A stretch of 64,000 nucleotides of DNA from Scyliorhinus canicula (lineage: Eukaryota), in assembly GCF_902713615.1 (NCBI RefSeq), contig NW_024055820.1, positions 310,001-374,000 of the forward strand, in the 5' to 3' direction. The translations under genes were made by a program, and so were the position numbers. Below are positions 38,735-50,589 of the stretch, one piece after another; positions within the stretch are counted from its first letter, which is position 1, and each line of letters starts with the position of its first letter. The notes under the pieces were generated by a model that saw nothing but the letters and a program-made list of their open reading frames with translations, ran no database searches and was not told the DNA's origin.

Positions 38735-39960
38735 GACATCAAGGCAACATTTGAACCAGTGTTGCATTAAGGACCCCGAGCAAAACTGGAGTCAATGGGA
38801 ATCGGGGAGAAATTCCCCGCTGATTTGAGTCATACCGAGCGGAAGATGGTTTTGGTTTCTGGAGGTCAATCATCTCAGTTCCAGGACATCACTGCAGGGG
38901 TTCCTCAGTATCGGCCCCGCCATCTTTAGCTGCTTCAGCAATGACCTTCCAAAAGTCAGAAGTGGGGATTTTGGCTGATCATTGAATGATGTTCAGCACC
39001 ATTCACGACTCCACAGTTACTGAAGCAGTCCATTGCTAAATGCAGCAAGATCTGGACTATATTCAGGCTTGGGCTGATAAGGGGAAAGGAACATTCGCAT
39101 CAGACAAGTACACGCAATGGACATCTCAAACAAGTGAAGATCGAACGATCACCCCAATGCCATTCAATGGAATTACCATCGCTGAATCTCCTGCTGACCA
39201 TTGACCAGAAACTGAACTGGACTCGCCATATATACTGTGTGGCTGTGACAACAGGTCAGAGACTCGGAATTCTGCAACAAAAACACCTCCTGACGCCCCA
39301 AAGCCTGTCCACCATCTGCAACACCAGGTTAAAGTCCAACAGGTTTGTTTAGAATCCCTAGCTTTCGGAGCGCAGCTCCTTCATCAGGTGAGTCACCTGA
39401 GTGAGACTTCTTACTGTGCTCACCCCAGTCCAACGCCGGCAGCTCCATATCACGTCCACCATCTGCAAGGCACATTCAGGAGTGTGATGGAATGCTGTCC
39501 ACTTGTCTGAATGAATACAGCTCCAACGACACTCAAAAACTGAACATCATCCAGGACAAAGTAGCCCGTGATTGGCACACCATCGACAACCACTCCCTCC
39601 CCCCACCACTGAGGAACACTGGCAGCAGTGTGTAACACCTACAACATGCTCTGCAGGAACTCGTCATGGCTCCTTCGACAGCATCTTCAAAACTCACAAC
39701 AGCTACCATCTGCACAAGGACAGCAGACACATGGGAACATCACCAACTGGAAGTTCTCCATCAAGCCTCTCACCATCGTGATATCATCAAAATATCACAT
39801 TGTTCCTTCACTGTCCATGATTCAAAATTCTGGAGCTGCCTCCCAAACACCACATAGACTGCAGTGGTTGAAGAATGAAGCTCACCGCCATCATCTCAAT
39901 GGCACTGAGGGATGGGAAATAAATGCTGGCCCAGCCAGAGACTCCTACAGCACAAAAATG
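38735..39960 (+). mobile_element. Decayed CR1/L2 LINE reverse-transcriptase region in the J-C intron
   Basis: DIKATFEPVLH (~DIKAAFD.VWH), GVPQ and NDLP remnants. Confidence 0.75.
39322..39453 (-). mobile_element. Penelope-like fragment with an intact hammerhead core, nested in the LINE
   Basis: 15-bp TSD GTCCACCATCTGCAA at 39307-39321 and 39454-39468. Confidence 0.75.
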
Positions 39961-40095
39961 AAGAAAACACTCTGACACAATATGACAACAATTTTACGGC
40001 CTGAAATTGCCATTTGTAAAATGAAAATCTCAAGTTGCAGGAATGTTCATTGTTGAAGTTCCGAATTGTTTTGCACAAAATGAAATTACATCGGC

Positions 40096-40290
40096 ATTAA
40101 AGCAGCTGCCCAGTGATCTACACTGCTGTCTGACTGTACACAGCCGGTGTTACTGAAAGTATTAAAGCAGCTGCCCAGTGATCTACACTGCTGTCTGACT
40201 GTACACAGCCGGTGTTACTGAAAGTATTAAAGCAGCTGCCCAGTGATCTACACTGCTGTCTGACTGCACACAGCCGGTGTTACAGAAAGC
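40096..40290. repeat. 65-bp tandem repeat x3
   Basis: attaaagcagctgcccagtgatctacactg... starting at 40096, 40161 and 40226. Confidence 0.95.
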
Positions 40291-40599
40291 TGATCAATGT
40301 GGAGAATCAGGACAGGATGGATGGAGAGGAAGAGGAGGAGGTGGGGGTGGTGGAGACAAATGGAAGAGCCCCCAGCTCGACTGTGGACAACAGTCAACAG
40401 GAAGCTGAGCCTGAGCGGAACCTCATCCAGAGGAACATCGTCCTAATGGGCTGGGAGCACCTGGGAAGGACCATCGCGGTCACTCACTCATCCACGCTCA
40501 TTCGCCCTCACTCACCAGTCTTCACTCACTCAGAATCACTCATTCACCCTCATTCATCTATCCTCAATGATACATCTTTCCTTAACAACCCTCACACCC

Positions 40600-43500
40600 A
40601 CCCTCACACCCACAATCACACCCACCCTCACTCACTTACCCTCACTCACCCACCCACCCTGACACACTCTCACTCACCCACACTCCCTGACACACTCTCA
40701 CTCACCCCCCCCCCCGACAGACACTCACTCACCCACCCTCCCTGACACACTCACTCGCCCTCCCTAACACACTCTCACTCACCCACCCTCCCTGACACAC
40801 TGTCACTCACCCACCCTCCCTAACACACTCTGACTCACCCACTCTCGGTGATACACTCACCCACCCTCCCTGACACACTCTGACTCACCCACTCTCGGTG
40901 ATACACTCACCCACCCTCCCTGGCACACACTCACTCACCCTCCCTGACACACTCTCACTCAACCACCCTCCCTGACACACTCTCACTCACCCACCCTCAC
41001 TGACACACTTTCACTCACCCACACTCCCTGACACACACTCACTCACCCACCCTCCCTGACACACAGACACTCAGCCACCCTCCCTGACACTCTCATTCAC
41101 CCACCCTCCCTGACACACTCTCACACACCCACCCTCCCTGACACACTCACTCACCCACCCTCCCTGACACACACTCACCCACCCACCCTGACACACCTCC
41201 CTGATCCACTCTCACTCATGCACCCTCACTCACCCACCCTACCTGACACACACACACTCACCCACCCTCCCTGTCACACTCTCACTCATCCGCCCTTCCT
41301 GACACACACTCACTCACCCTCCCTCTCTGACGCACACACACCCCCACCCTCCCTGACACACTCTCACTCACCCACCCTCCCTGACACACACTCACCCCCA
41401 CACTCCCTGACAGACACTCATTCACCCACCCTCCCTGACACATTTTCACTCACCCACCCTCCCTGATACTCTCTCACTCACTTACCCTCACTGACACACT
41501 CTCACTCACCCACCCTTCCTGACACACACAGACTCACCCACCCTCCCTCACTCACTCTCTCACCCACCCTACCTGACACACTCTCACTCACCTACCCAGA
41601 CACACTCACCCAGCGTCCCTGACGCACTCTCTCTCACCCACCATCCCTGACACACACAGACTCATCCACCCTCCCTCACTCACTCTCTCACCCACCCTCC
41701 CTGACACACTCTCACTCACCCACCCAGACACACTCACCCAGCCTCCCTGACGCACTCTCACTCACCCACCCTCCCTGACACACTCTCACTCACCCACTCT
41801 CCCTCACTCACTCGCTCACCCACCCTCCCTCACTCACTCGCTCACCCACCCTCCCTGACACACTCTCATTCACCCACCCACCCTGACACACTCACCCAGC
41901 CTCCCTGACACACTCTCACTCACCCACCCACCCTGACAAACTCTCTCACCCACCCTCCCTGACACACTCTCACTCACCCACCCTCCCTGCCACACACTCA
42001 CTGACCCACATTCCCTGACACACACTCACCACCCCCCCCCATCCTCCCTGACAGACACTCACTCACACACCCTCCCCGACACACTTTCAATCACTCACCC
42101 TCCCTGACACACAGTCACTCACACACCCTCCCTGACACACTTTCCCTCACCCACTCTACTGACACACTCTCACACACCCCCCGTGACACCCTCTCACACA
42201 CCCACCCCATCCCTGACACACACACTCTCACCCACCCTCCCTGAAACTCTCACACACCCACCCTACCTGACAAACTCTCACTCACCCACCCTCCCTGACA
42301 CACTCTCACTCATCCACCCTCCCTGACACACACTCACCCCACCCCACCCTCCCTAACACACTCTCACTTACCCACCCCCTGACATACTTTCACTCACCCA
42401 CTCTCCCGACACACTCTCACACCCACGTGACACACTCTCACACACCCACCCCCTCAATGACACACACACTCTCTCCCACCCTCCCTGACACACTCTCACT
42501 CACCCACCCTCCCTGACACACTCTCACACGCCCACCCAGCCTGACACGCTTTCACTCACCCACACTCCCTGACACACACACTCACCCACCCTCCCTGACA
42601 CACACACTCTGACCCACCCTCCCTGACACACTCTCACTCACCCACCCTCCCTGACACACTCTCACTCACCCACCCTCCCTGACACATTCTCACTCACCCA
42701 CCCTCCCTGGCACACTCTCACTCGCCCACCCTCCCTGACACACACACTCACCCACCCTCCCTGGCACACTCTCACTCGCCCACCCTCCCTGACACACACA
42801 CACTCACCCACCCTCCCTGGCACACTCTCACTCTCCCATCCTCCCTGACACACACACTCTGACCCACCCTCCCTGACACACTCTCACACACCCACCCTCT
42901 CTGACACACTCTCACTCACCCACCCTCCCTGACACACACACACTCACCCACCCTCCCTGGCACACTCTCACTCCCCCACCCTCCCTGACACACTTTCACT
43001 CACCCACCATCCCTGACACACACTCACTGACCCACCCTCCCTGACACACTCACTAACCCATCCTCCCTGACAGACCCTAACTCACCCACCCTCCCTGACA
43101 CACTCACTGACCCTCCCTCCCTGACACACACTCACTCACCCACCCTCCCTGACACACTCTCACCCATCCACCCTGACACACTTTCACTCACACACCCTCC
43201 CTGACACACTCTCACTCACCCACAAACCCTGACACAATTTCACTCCCTCACCCTCACACACACAGTCACCCATCCTCATTCACCACCACTCGCCCTGATT
43301 GACTCACCCTTTCAGGCCCAACCTAACTCGTTCACCCTCACTCACACACTCTCACCCACTCATCCTCAAACCAACGCCCATCCTGATTCATCCTCACCCA
43401 CTCTCCTTCAGGCTCTCACCCTCACTCAGTCACCCCCCCCCCCACACTCACTCCCCCACCCTCACTCACACACCCTCACTCCCCCACCCTCACACACCCA

Positions 43501-44990
43501 CCCTCACGCACGCTTATTCACTCACCCACACTCACACACCCACCCTCACGCACCCTCAATCAGTAACCCACCCTCACTGACACATTCACTCTCCCCCTCA
43601 CTCAAATACCACCACCCACCCTAACTCCCCCACACTCACTCACCCTCCAATCCACCATCGCTCTCGAATCCCCCTCACACATCCACCCTGACTCATTTAT
43701 ACTCACTCACCCAGCCTCACTCATTCACCCTCACAAAGACTCGCACCTACCCTCTTTCACACACCTTCACTCACAGATCCTTACCCTTCCTCACTCATAC
43801 ACCCTCACTCATTCACATTCCCTCATACACCCTTATTGAGACACCCTCACCAGACGCACCCACCCTCTGTCACCCACTACCACTCACCCCCACTCACCCA
43901 CCCATCCTCACACACCCTCATTTACCCACACCCATCCCCTCACTCACCCTCACTCACTCAACCACCATCACACACCCACCCTCGCGCACCACCCACACTC
44001 ATTCTCTGCCACTCACACATCCTCACTCACCTTCGCACACCCACTAATTCTCAATGACTCACCTCACTCACTGAGCCACACTTACATCCTCACTGACCCG
44101 CACTCACTCATACATCCTCCCTCAACCATCCTCACTCAATCACCCTCACTCGACCACGGTCACTGACTCCCCCTCATTCATTCACCCACTACATTCACTC
44201 ACCAGCAGTTGACCCCCGACTCACCCAAGCTCACTCACTCACCGACCCCCTGACTCACCCACCCTCGCTCACTCCTGTTCATTGACTCTAACTACACAAC
44301 CTCATTCACCCAGCGGCACTCATTCCTGCGTCTCACTCACTCTCCCTCACCCATCTTGGCTCATTCGTGCTCGGTGACACAGCCTCACCCATTTACCCTC
44401 ACTCAGTCATTCACTCTGATCTGCCACTCATCAACACTAATACATCCTCAATCAGCCAACTCACTCACCCGCACTCACTCTCCTACCCTCACTCAGTTAC
44501 TCACTCATCCACACTCACTCTCCTACCGTCACTCAGTTACTCACTCATGCACACTCACACTCGTACCCTCACTCAGTTACTTACAGACACACACTCACTC
44601 TCCTGTCATCACTCAGTTACTCACTCACCCACACTCACTCTCCTACATTCACTCAGTTACCCACTCACACTCACTCTCCTACCCTCACTCAGTTACTCAC
44701 TCACCCACACTCACTCTCCTACCCTCACTCAGTTACTCACTCACCCACACTCACTCTCCTATCCTCACTCAGTTACTCACTCACCCGCACTCACTCTCCT
44801 ACCCTCACTCAGTTACTCACTCACCCACACTCATTCCCCTACCCTCACTCAGTTACTCACTCACCCGCACTCACTCGCCTACCCTAACTCACTTACTCAC
44901 TCATCCCCACTCACCCTCCTACACTCACTCAGTTACTCACACACACACTCACTCTCCTACCCTCACTCAGTTACTCACTCATCCTCTCTC
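40600..44990. repeat. C-rich minisatellite tract (about 26-bp ctcactcacccaccctccctgacaca unit; 40-bp actcagttactc... unit at 44480-44990)
   Basis: Direct reading; + strand almost devoid of G. Confidence 0.95.
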
Positions 44991-45119
44991 TCTGATGCTC
45001 AGGAAATGGGCAAGGGAGCGTCTGCAACGGGGGAGGAATAGAGAACTGGAGCGAAACTGATGTCCAGTGGCGCCCGAATGTGGCGGCATGACACGGGATT
45101 GCCGGGAGCCAGAGGAAGG

Positions 45120-46630
45120 AACAGAGAGCCGGGGGAAAGTGCGGAGAGCCGGGGGAAGGGGCAGAGAGCCGGGGGAAGGGGCAGAGAGCCGCGGGAAGGG
45201 GCAGAGAGCCGCGGGAAGGGGCAGAGAGCCGCGGGAAGGGGCAGAGAGCCGGGGGAAGGGGCAGAGAGCCGGGGAAGGGTCAGAGAGCCGGGGGAATTAG
45301 CCGAGAGCCGGGAGAAGGAGCCGAGAGCCGGGGGGGGGGGGGGGGAGGAGCAGAGAGCCGGGGGAAGGTGCCGAGAGCCGGGGGCAGGAGAAGAGAGCCG
45401 GAGGAAGGAGCAGAGAGCCAGGGGAAGGCGCAGAGAGCCGGGGGAAGGGGCAGAGAGCCGGGGGAAGGGGCAGAGAGCCGGGGGAAGGGGCAGAGAGCCG
45501 GGGGAAGGGGCAGAGAGCCGGGGGAAGGAGCAGGGAGCCGGGGGAAGGGGAGAGAGAGCCGGGGGAAGGAGCAGAGAGTCGGGGGAAGGGGCAGGGAGCC
45601 GCAGGAAGGAGCAGAGAGCCGGGGGATGGAGCAGAGAGCCGGGGGAAGGGGCAGAGAGCCGGGGGAAGGAGCAGAGAGCCAGGGGAGGGGCAGAGAGCCG
45701 GGGGAAAGTGCAGAAAGCCGGGGGAAGGAGCCGAGAGCCGGGGGAAAGTGCGGAGAGCCGGGGAAGGAGCCGAGAGACGGCGAAAAGGCAGAGTTGGGAG
45801 GAAAGCACAGAGATGCAGGGGCATGGGCAGAGATGCAGGGGAAAGGGCAGGGATGAAGGGAAAGGGCAGAGATGCAGGGGAATGGGCAGAGATGCAGTGG
45901 AAAGGGCAGAGATGCAGGGGAAAGGGCAGAGCTGCAGGGGAATGGCCAGAGATGCAGGGGAAAGGGCAGAGATGCAGGGGAATGGGCAGAGATGCAGTGA
46001 AATGGGCAGAGATGCAGGGGAATGGGCGGAGATGCAGGGGAAAGGGCAGAGATGCAGGGGAATGGGCAGAGATGCAGGGGAATGGGCAGAGATGCAGGGG
46101 AATGGGCAGAGATGCAGGGGAAAGGGCAGAGATGCAGAGGAAAGGGCAGAGATGAAGGGGAATGGGCAGAGATGCAGCGGAACACACAGAGAGCTGTAGA
46201 AAAGGACAGGGAGCTGGAAGGAAGTGGAGGGAGCAAGGGAAAGGTGCAGAGAGCCGGGGGGCAAGTGGGAGTGCAGGAGTCGGGAGAAGTGCAGGGAGCC
46301 GGGGGAAGGCGCCAAGAGCCGGGGAAGCAGCAGAGAGCCGGGGGAAGGGACAGAGAGCCGGGGGAGGAGCAGAGAGCCTGGGGAAGGCGCAGAGAGCCGG
46401 GGGGAGGCGCATAGAGCCGGGGGAAGGGGCAGAGAGCCGGGGGAAGGGGCAGAGAGCCGGGGGAAGGAGCAGAGAGCCGGGGGAGGAGCAGAGAGCCGGG
46501 GAAAGGAGCAGAGAGCCGGGGGAAGGAACAGAGAGCCTGGGGAAGGCGCAGAGAGCCGGGGGGAGGCGCAGAGAGCCGGGGGGAGGGGCAGAGAGCCGGG
46601 GGAAGGGGCAGAGAGTTGGCGCAAGTGCAG
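45120..46630. repeat. G/purine-rich 20-mer tandem arrays (GGGGGAAGGGGCAGAGAGCC flanking a GGGGAATGGGCAGAGATGCA block at about 45805-46190)
   Basis: Direct reading; 20-bp period. Confidence 0.95.
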
Positions 46631-47260
46631 AGAGCCGGACGAAAGTCCATAGAGTGGGCGATAAGCCATAAGAATCGGGGTAAAGCGCACAGTGCTGGCG
46701 AAATGTTCAAAAAGCCCGGGGAAAGTGCCAGGAACCGGGAAAAGTCGAAAGAACTGGGGAAAGTGCAGCGCACATGGGCAAAGAGCCGTTGAAAAGAGCA
46801 GAGAGCTAAACGATAGTGAAGGGACAAGGAGGAAGGTGCAGCAATCCAGCGGGAACCGCAGAGAGATGGGGGACGCACAGGGAGCGCGGGGCGGGGGGTG
46901 GGGGGATCGCAGACAGCCCGGTCTCAGTGACAGGCGGAATGTGGGGTTAACACCACAATCAGCGCAGCCGGGATCTTATTGAATGGGGGAGGAGACTCCA
47001 CGGATTGAATGGCCTCCTCCTGCTGTCAATGTGCATGGTCCTAAAATTAGTGAATGTTGCAATTACTCAAATGTAGAGTTTTATTGTAATTATATAAAGA
47101 TGCATTCAGAAGGTGTTTTTGAAGCAAAGCCACTATTCTCTGGTTTGGGGAGTGGGGGTAGTGAGGTGGAGAGAGGAGGGGGCATCAGTCAGTTTGAACA
47201 AAGGGAATTTCCCAAAACTGCAAAGATACAAATGAAGAGACAACTTTTGTAAGACAAATT

Positions 47261-47753
47261 GATTGTGACGTACACAGCTCAATTAGCTGGATTATGACCT
47301 ACACAGCTCAGTTAGCTGGATTGTGACGTACACAGATCAGTTCGCTGGATTGTGAAGTACCCAGCTCAGTTAGCTGGATTGTGACGTACACAGCTCAGTC
47401 AGTTGGTTTGTGACGTACACAGCTCAGTCAGTTGGTTTGTGACGTACACAGCTCAGTCAGTTGGTTTGTGACGTACACAGCTCAGTTAGCTGGTTTGTGA
47501 CGTACACAGCTCAGTCAGTTGGTTTGTGACGTACACAGCTCAGTTAGCTGGATTGTGACGTACACAGCTCAGTTAGCTGGATTGTGACGTACACAGCTCA
47601 GTTAGCTGGATTGTGACGTACACAGCTCAGTCAGCTGGATTGTGACGTACACAGCTCAGTTTGCTGGATTGTGACGTACACAGCTCAGTTAGCTGGATTG
47701 TGACGTACACAGCTCAGTTTGCTGGATTGTGACGTACACAGCTCAGTTCGCTG
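47261..47753. repeat. 29-bp tandem array x17 (GATTGTGACGTACACAGCTCAGTTAGCTG)
   Basis: Units counted at 29-nt spacing; about 25 AGCT motifs. Confidence 0.97.
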
Positions 47754-47935
47754 GACGGCTGGTTCGTGACGAAGAGCGATCCCAACAGCGTGGGTACGAT
47801 TGCTGTACCGGCTGAGGTTATTCATGAAGACCCCCATTCTCAACCTTGCTCCTGGCCTGATGTGTGGTAACCCTCAGGTTAAATCACCACAGTCAGCTCT
47901 CAAAGGGAAAGAACAGTCTCCGGGACTATGGCCTC
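47738..47935 (+). mobile_element. tRNA-derived SINE contiguous with the 29-bp array
   Basis: A-box-like AGCTCAGTTCGCTGG, B-box-like GGGTACGATTGC, body ccggctgaggttattcatgaag...tcaggttaaatcaccac. Confidence 0.7.
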
Positions 47936-48257
47936 ATTTGCATTTTATATTACATGGTGGCTGAAATAATGGGGGAAACGCTCTGCTCTTCTCTTTCAAT
48001 CCAATGAAAGTTACACCATTCAGATTACATCAAAATATGTTTTTTTATAGAGACGGAGAAAGAGGTGAGTTTCTGAAGAAGGGACAAAAAGTAGGTGATT
48101 CCGAACGATAGAACTGATAGAAGATTCAATGTGGATGTGCGATTTAATCGGAAATGTTAGGATAAAATCATAGTTCTAGTCAAATTATGAAATGCTTGGT
48201 TACTTATAAATCACAAATACCAGAGTCTAACTTGTTGAATGGGCCATTCTCCCCCAG

Positions 48258-48557
48258 TGACACCGACTCCGCCCACTCTCTACAGTCTGGTCTCCTCCTG
48301 TCAGCAACATAACACCGACGGCTCCGTGACCTACGGCTGTTTGGCGATGGACTACTCCCCAGAAATCACCAGCCTCACCTGGAAGAACGATGGGCAGCTG
48401 ATCACCACTGGAGTTAAGAAATACCCATCAGTAAAAAACAAGAAGGGAACCTACACCCTGAGCAGCCAGTTAACCATCACCGAGTCAGAGGGGGGATGCA
48501 GCAACATCAGCTGTGAGGTTCGACACAGCGGCTCAGACAAGAGCATTGGAATGGAAT
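48258..48557 (+). CDS. IGHM: IgM Cmu1 exon
   Basis: Acceptor CCCCCAG|TG; (V)[14 protein letters not shown]...[17 protein letters not shown]...[16 protein letters not shown]; donor T|GTAAGT. Confidence 0.96.
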
Positions 48558-48766
48558 GTAAGTGTTGTGGAACCTGTGAGAAATAGAAAACCTATGATTA
48601 CCTTATATAGGGTCTTGGATATAACTAATTTGTAATACTCTGCATATTCCTGATCCCTGGAAAATCCAGCTTAGTGTCTATTGACCACAAACATTTTTTT
48701 AAGTATATGAACTCATTTTGTTTATCAATTTCTTCTGCAAGAAATATCTCATTGTGTTTCTTGAAG

Positions 48767-49075
48767 GTCCCAAAATTTATGCTCCAAATGTTCTCCTCAC
48801 CGTGAGTTCCAGTGAAGAAATCACAAGACAGAAATTTGCAACCATCGTCTGTTCAATTAACGATTTCCAGCCAAATTCAATGACGGTGAAGTGGCTGAAG
48901 AGTGGACAAGCCATGGGTTCAGGAATTGTCACCTCTTCCGCCTGTGAAGTGAACGGGAACTTCTCGGCGAGCAGTCGGCTGACAGTCTCCGCTGGGGAAT
49001 GGTTCAGCAAAGCGGTCTACACCTGCCAGGTCACTCATCAAGAGGTCACCCAAAGTCACAACATCACCGCATCTG
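48767..49075 (+). CDS. IGHM: IgM Cmu2 exon
   Basis: Acceptor TTGAAG|GT; [11 protein letters not shown]...IVC...VKW...YTCQVTH...NITAS; donor G|GTAAGA. Confidence 0.96.
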
Positions 49076-49697
49076 GTAAGAGACACAAACAGAGGAAACA
49101 ATAAATCATCCTGCACTCTGATGTTAATCAAAATCAGGTATTTATTAAAATCAGTACAAAGCACAAAATAACTTCTAATTTACTGCCATGTAGTTTGTGT
49201 TTCATTCTGATGTAAGAGCTGCATTAGGATTGGTCACCATTCAGGATTTGATCAGCAGAGAAATAAATGTTTGCCTCTAATTTGAATTCATTTAGTGAGT
49301 GAGGTGGCCTTGATATCAGCTTTATCCTGAGACAGCTGATTATATTTGAGAGGCAGTGGGTGTCTGAAACACTTTATTGATAACAGCTCCAAGGTAAAGT
49401 GTTGGAAAGTTCATTCAACCGATTTATAAATCAGCCTTCCCTATTTGGTTTCCGAGATAAGGATTGGAATATTTGTATTGGGAATGCTGCAATACTCATT
49501 CATTAGAATGCCATTGGGGCTCACTGTATTTCACAATGAGAATCGTTTAAGGTGACAAAACTGGTGTACAGAAGATTAATGGCGATCATTAGAAGTTTCG
49601 AAGTTAATTTATTCCCATTTAGAGAGTGAAGGCTGAATCCTGCTGTCCTGATTCTGAAGCTGAAACTTGGGTTGATTTCCACTTTTTTCATTCACAG

Positions 49698-50006
49698 ATC
49701 CTTCCGGTTGCACTACCGCCTCAGTAACAATACTGCCACCACCAATAGAACAGGTCTTACTGGACGCGACTGTAACCTTAACCTGCGTCATTTCGAATGC
49801 TCCTTATGGAGTCAACGTGTCCTGGAGTGAAGCGAAGAAGCCGCTGAAATCAGAGATTGCCGACCAGCCTGGGGCAGATACTGAGAGCGTGGTCAGCAAA
49901 TTAAACATCTCGACACAAGCCTGGCTGAGTGGGGCTGTGTTTGACTGTGTGGCGAGCCATCAGGACTTGCCAACTCCTTTAAGAATTTCAATCCACAAAA
50001 AAATAG
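49698..50006 (+). CDS. IGHM: IgM Cmu3 exon
   Basis: Acceptor TTCACAG|AT; [16 protein letters not shown]...LTC...VSW...[22 protein letters not shown]; donor G|GTGAGC. Confidence 0.96.
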
Positions 50007-50329
50007 GTGAGCGGCGAAACTGAAGCAATAAGTGAGTCATTGTGTCTATTTCTAGTGTCAGTGCAGCGGTCAGTATTTAGCATTCAGTGTATTTATGGTC
50101 CATTCTGATTGGTAATTCCACGACTAAATATTTTGGGCCTGTTGATCTTAAGGGGGAAATTGATACGTAGATGAAGGAACAATGAATTAAAAGCAGTGAT
50201 ATGGGCTTTAGACGGAGCTAGACCAATGACCACAAGACTTAGGAGCAGACGTAGGCTATTCAGCCCAACAACACTGATCCAGCCTTCAATGAGGTCATAA
50301 CTGATCTGATGTGATGATCTTCAACTCCT

Positions 50330-50585
50330 CTTTCCCGCCTTCTCCCGCTGTTACCAGACATCTAAACGACCCCCTAACGGACTGACCTCATTAACACTAC
50401 ACCTCTGTATGCTTCACCCGATGCCGGTGTTAAGTAGTTACATTGTGTACCTTATGTTGCCCTGTTATGTATTTTATTTTATTTCCCTTTCTTTTCATGT
50501 ACTGAATGATCTGTTGAGCTGCTTGCAGAAAAATACTTTTCACTGTACCTCGGTACACGTGACAATAAACAAAATCCAATCCCAT
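50330..50585 (+). mobile_element. LINE 3' end (Rex1/Babar-like) in the Cmu3-Cmu4 intron
   Basis: tacttttcactgtacctcggtacacgtgacaataaacaaaatccaatcc terminus. Confidence 0.55.
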
Positions 50586-50589
50586 ATCT

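Noticed and set aside
37175-38770. His/Thr/Ser-rich ORFs
   Set aside because: Translations of CA/CT low-complexity DNA
40212-45060. His/Pro/Thr-rich ORFs
   Set aside because: Translations of the C-rich minisatellite
44999-46878. Long ORFs of 130-563 aa on both strands (Pro/Leu/Ser-rich or Gly/Arg/Glu-rich)
   Set aside because: By-products of stop-free 20-mer tandem repeats; open in several frames, with no domain or exon signals
47261-47753. CRISPR-like regular array
   Set aside because: Head-to-tail minisatellite with no unique spacers, in eukaryotic DNA with no cas genes
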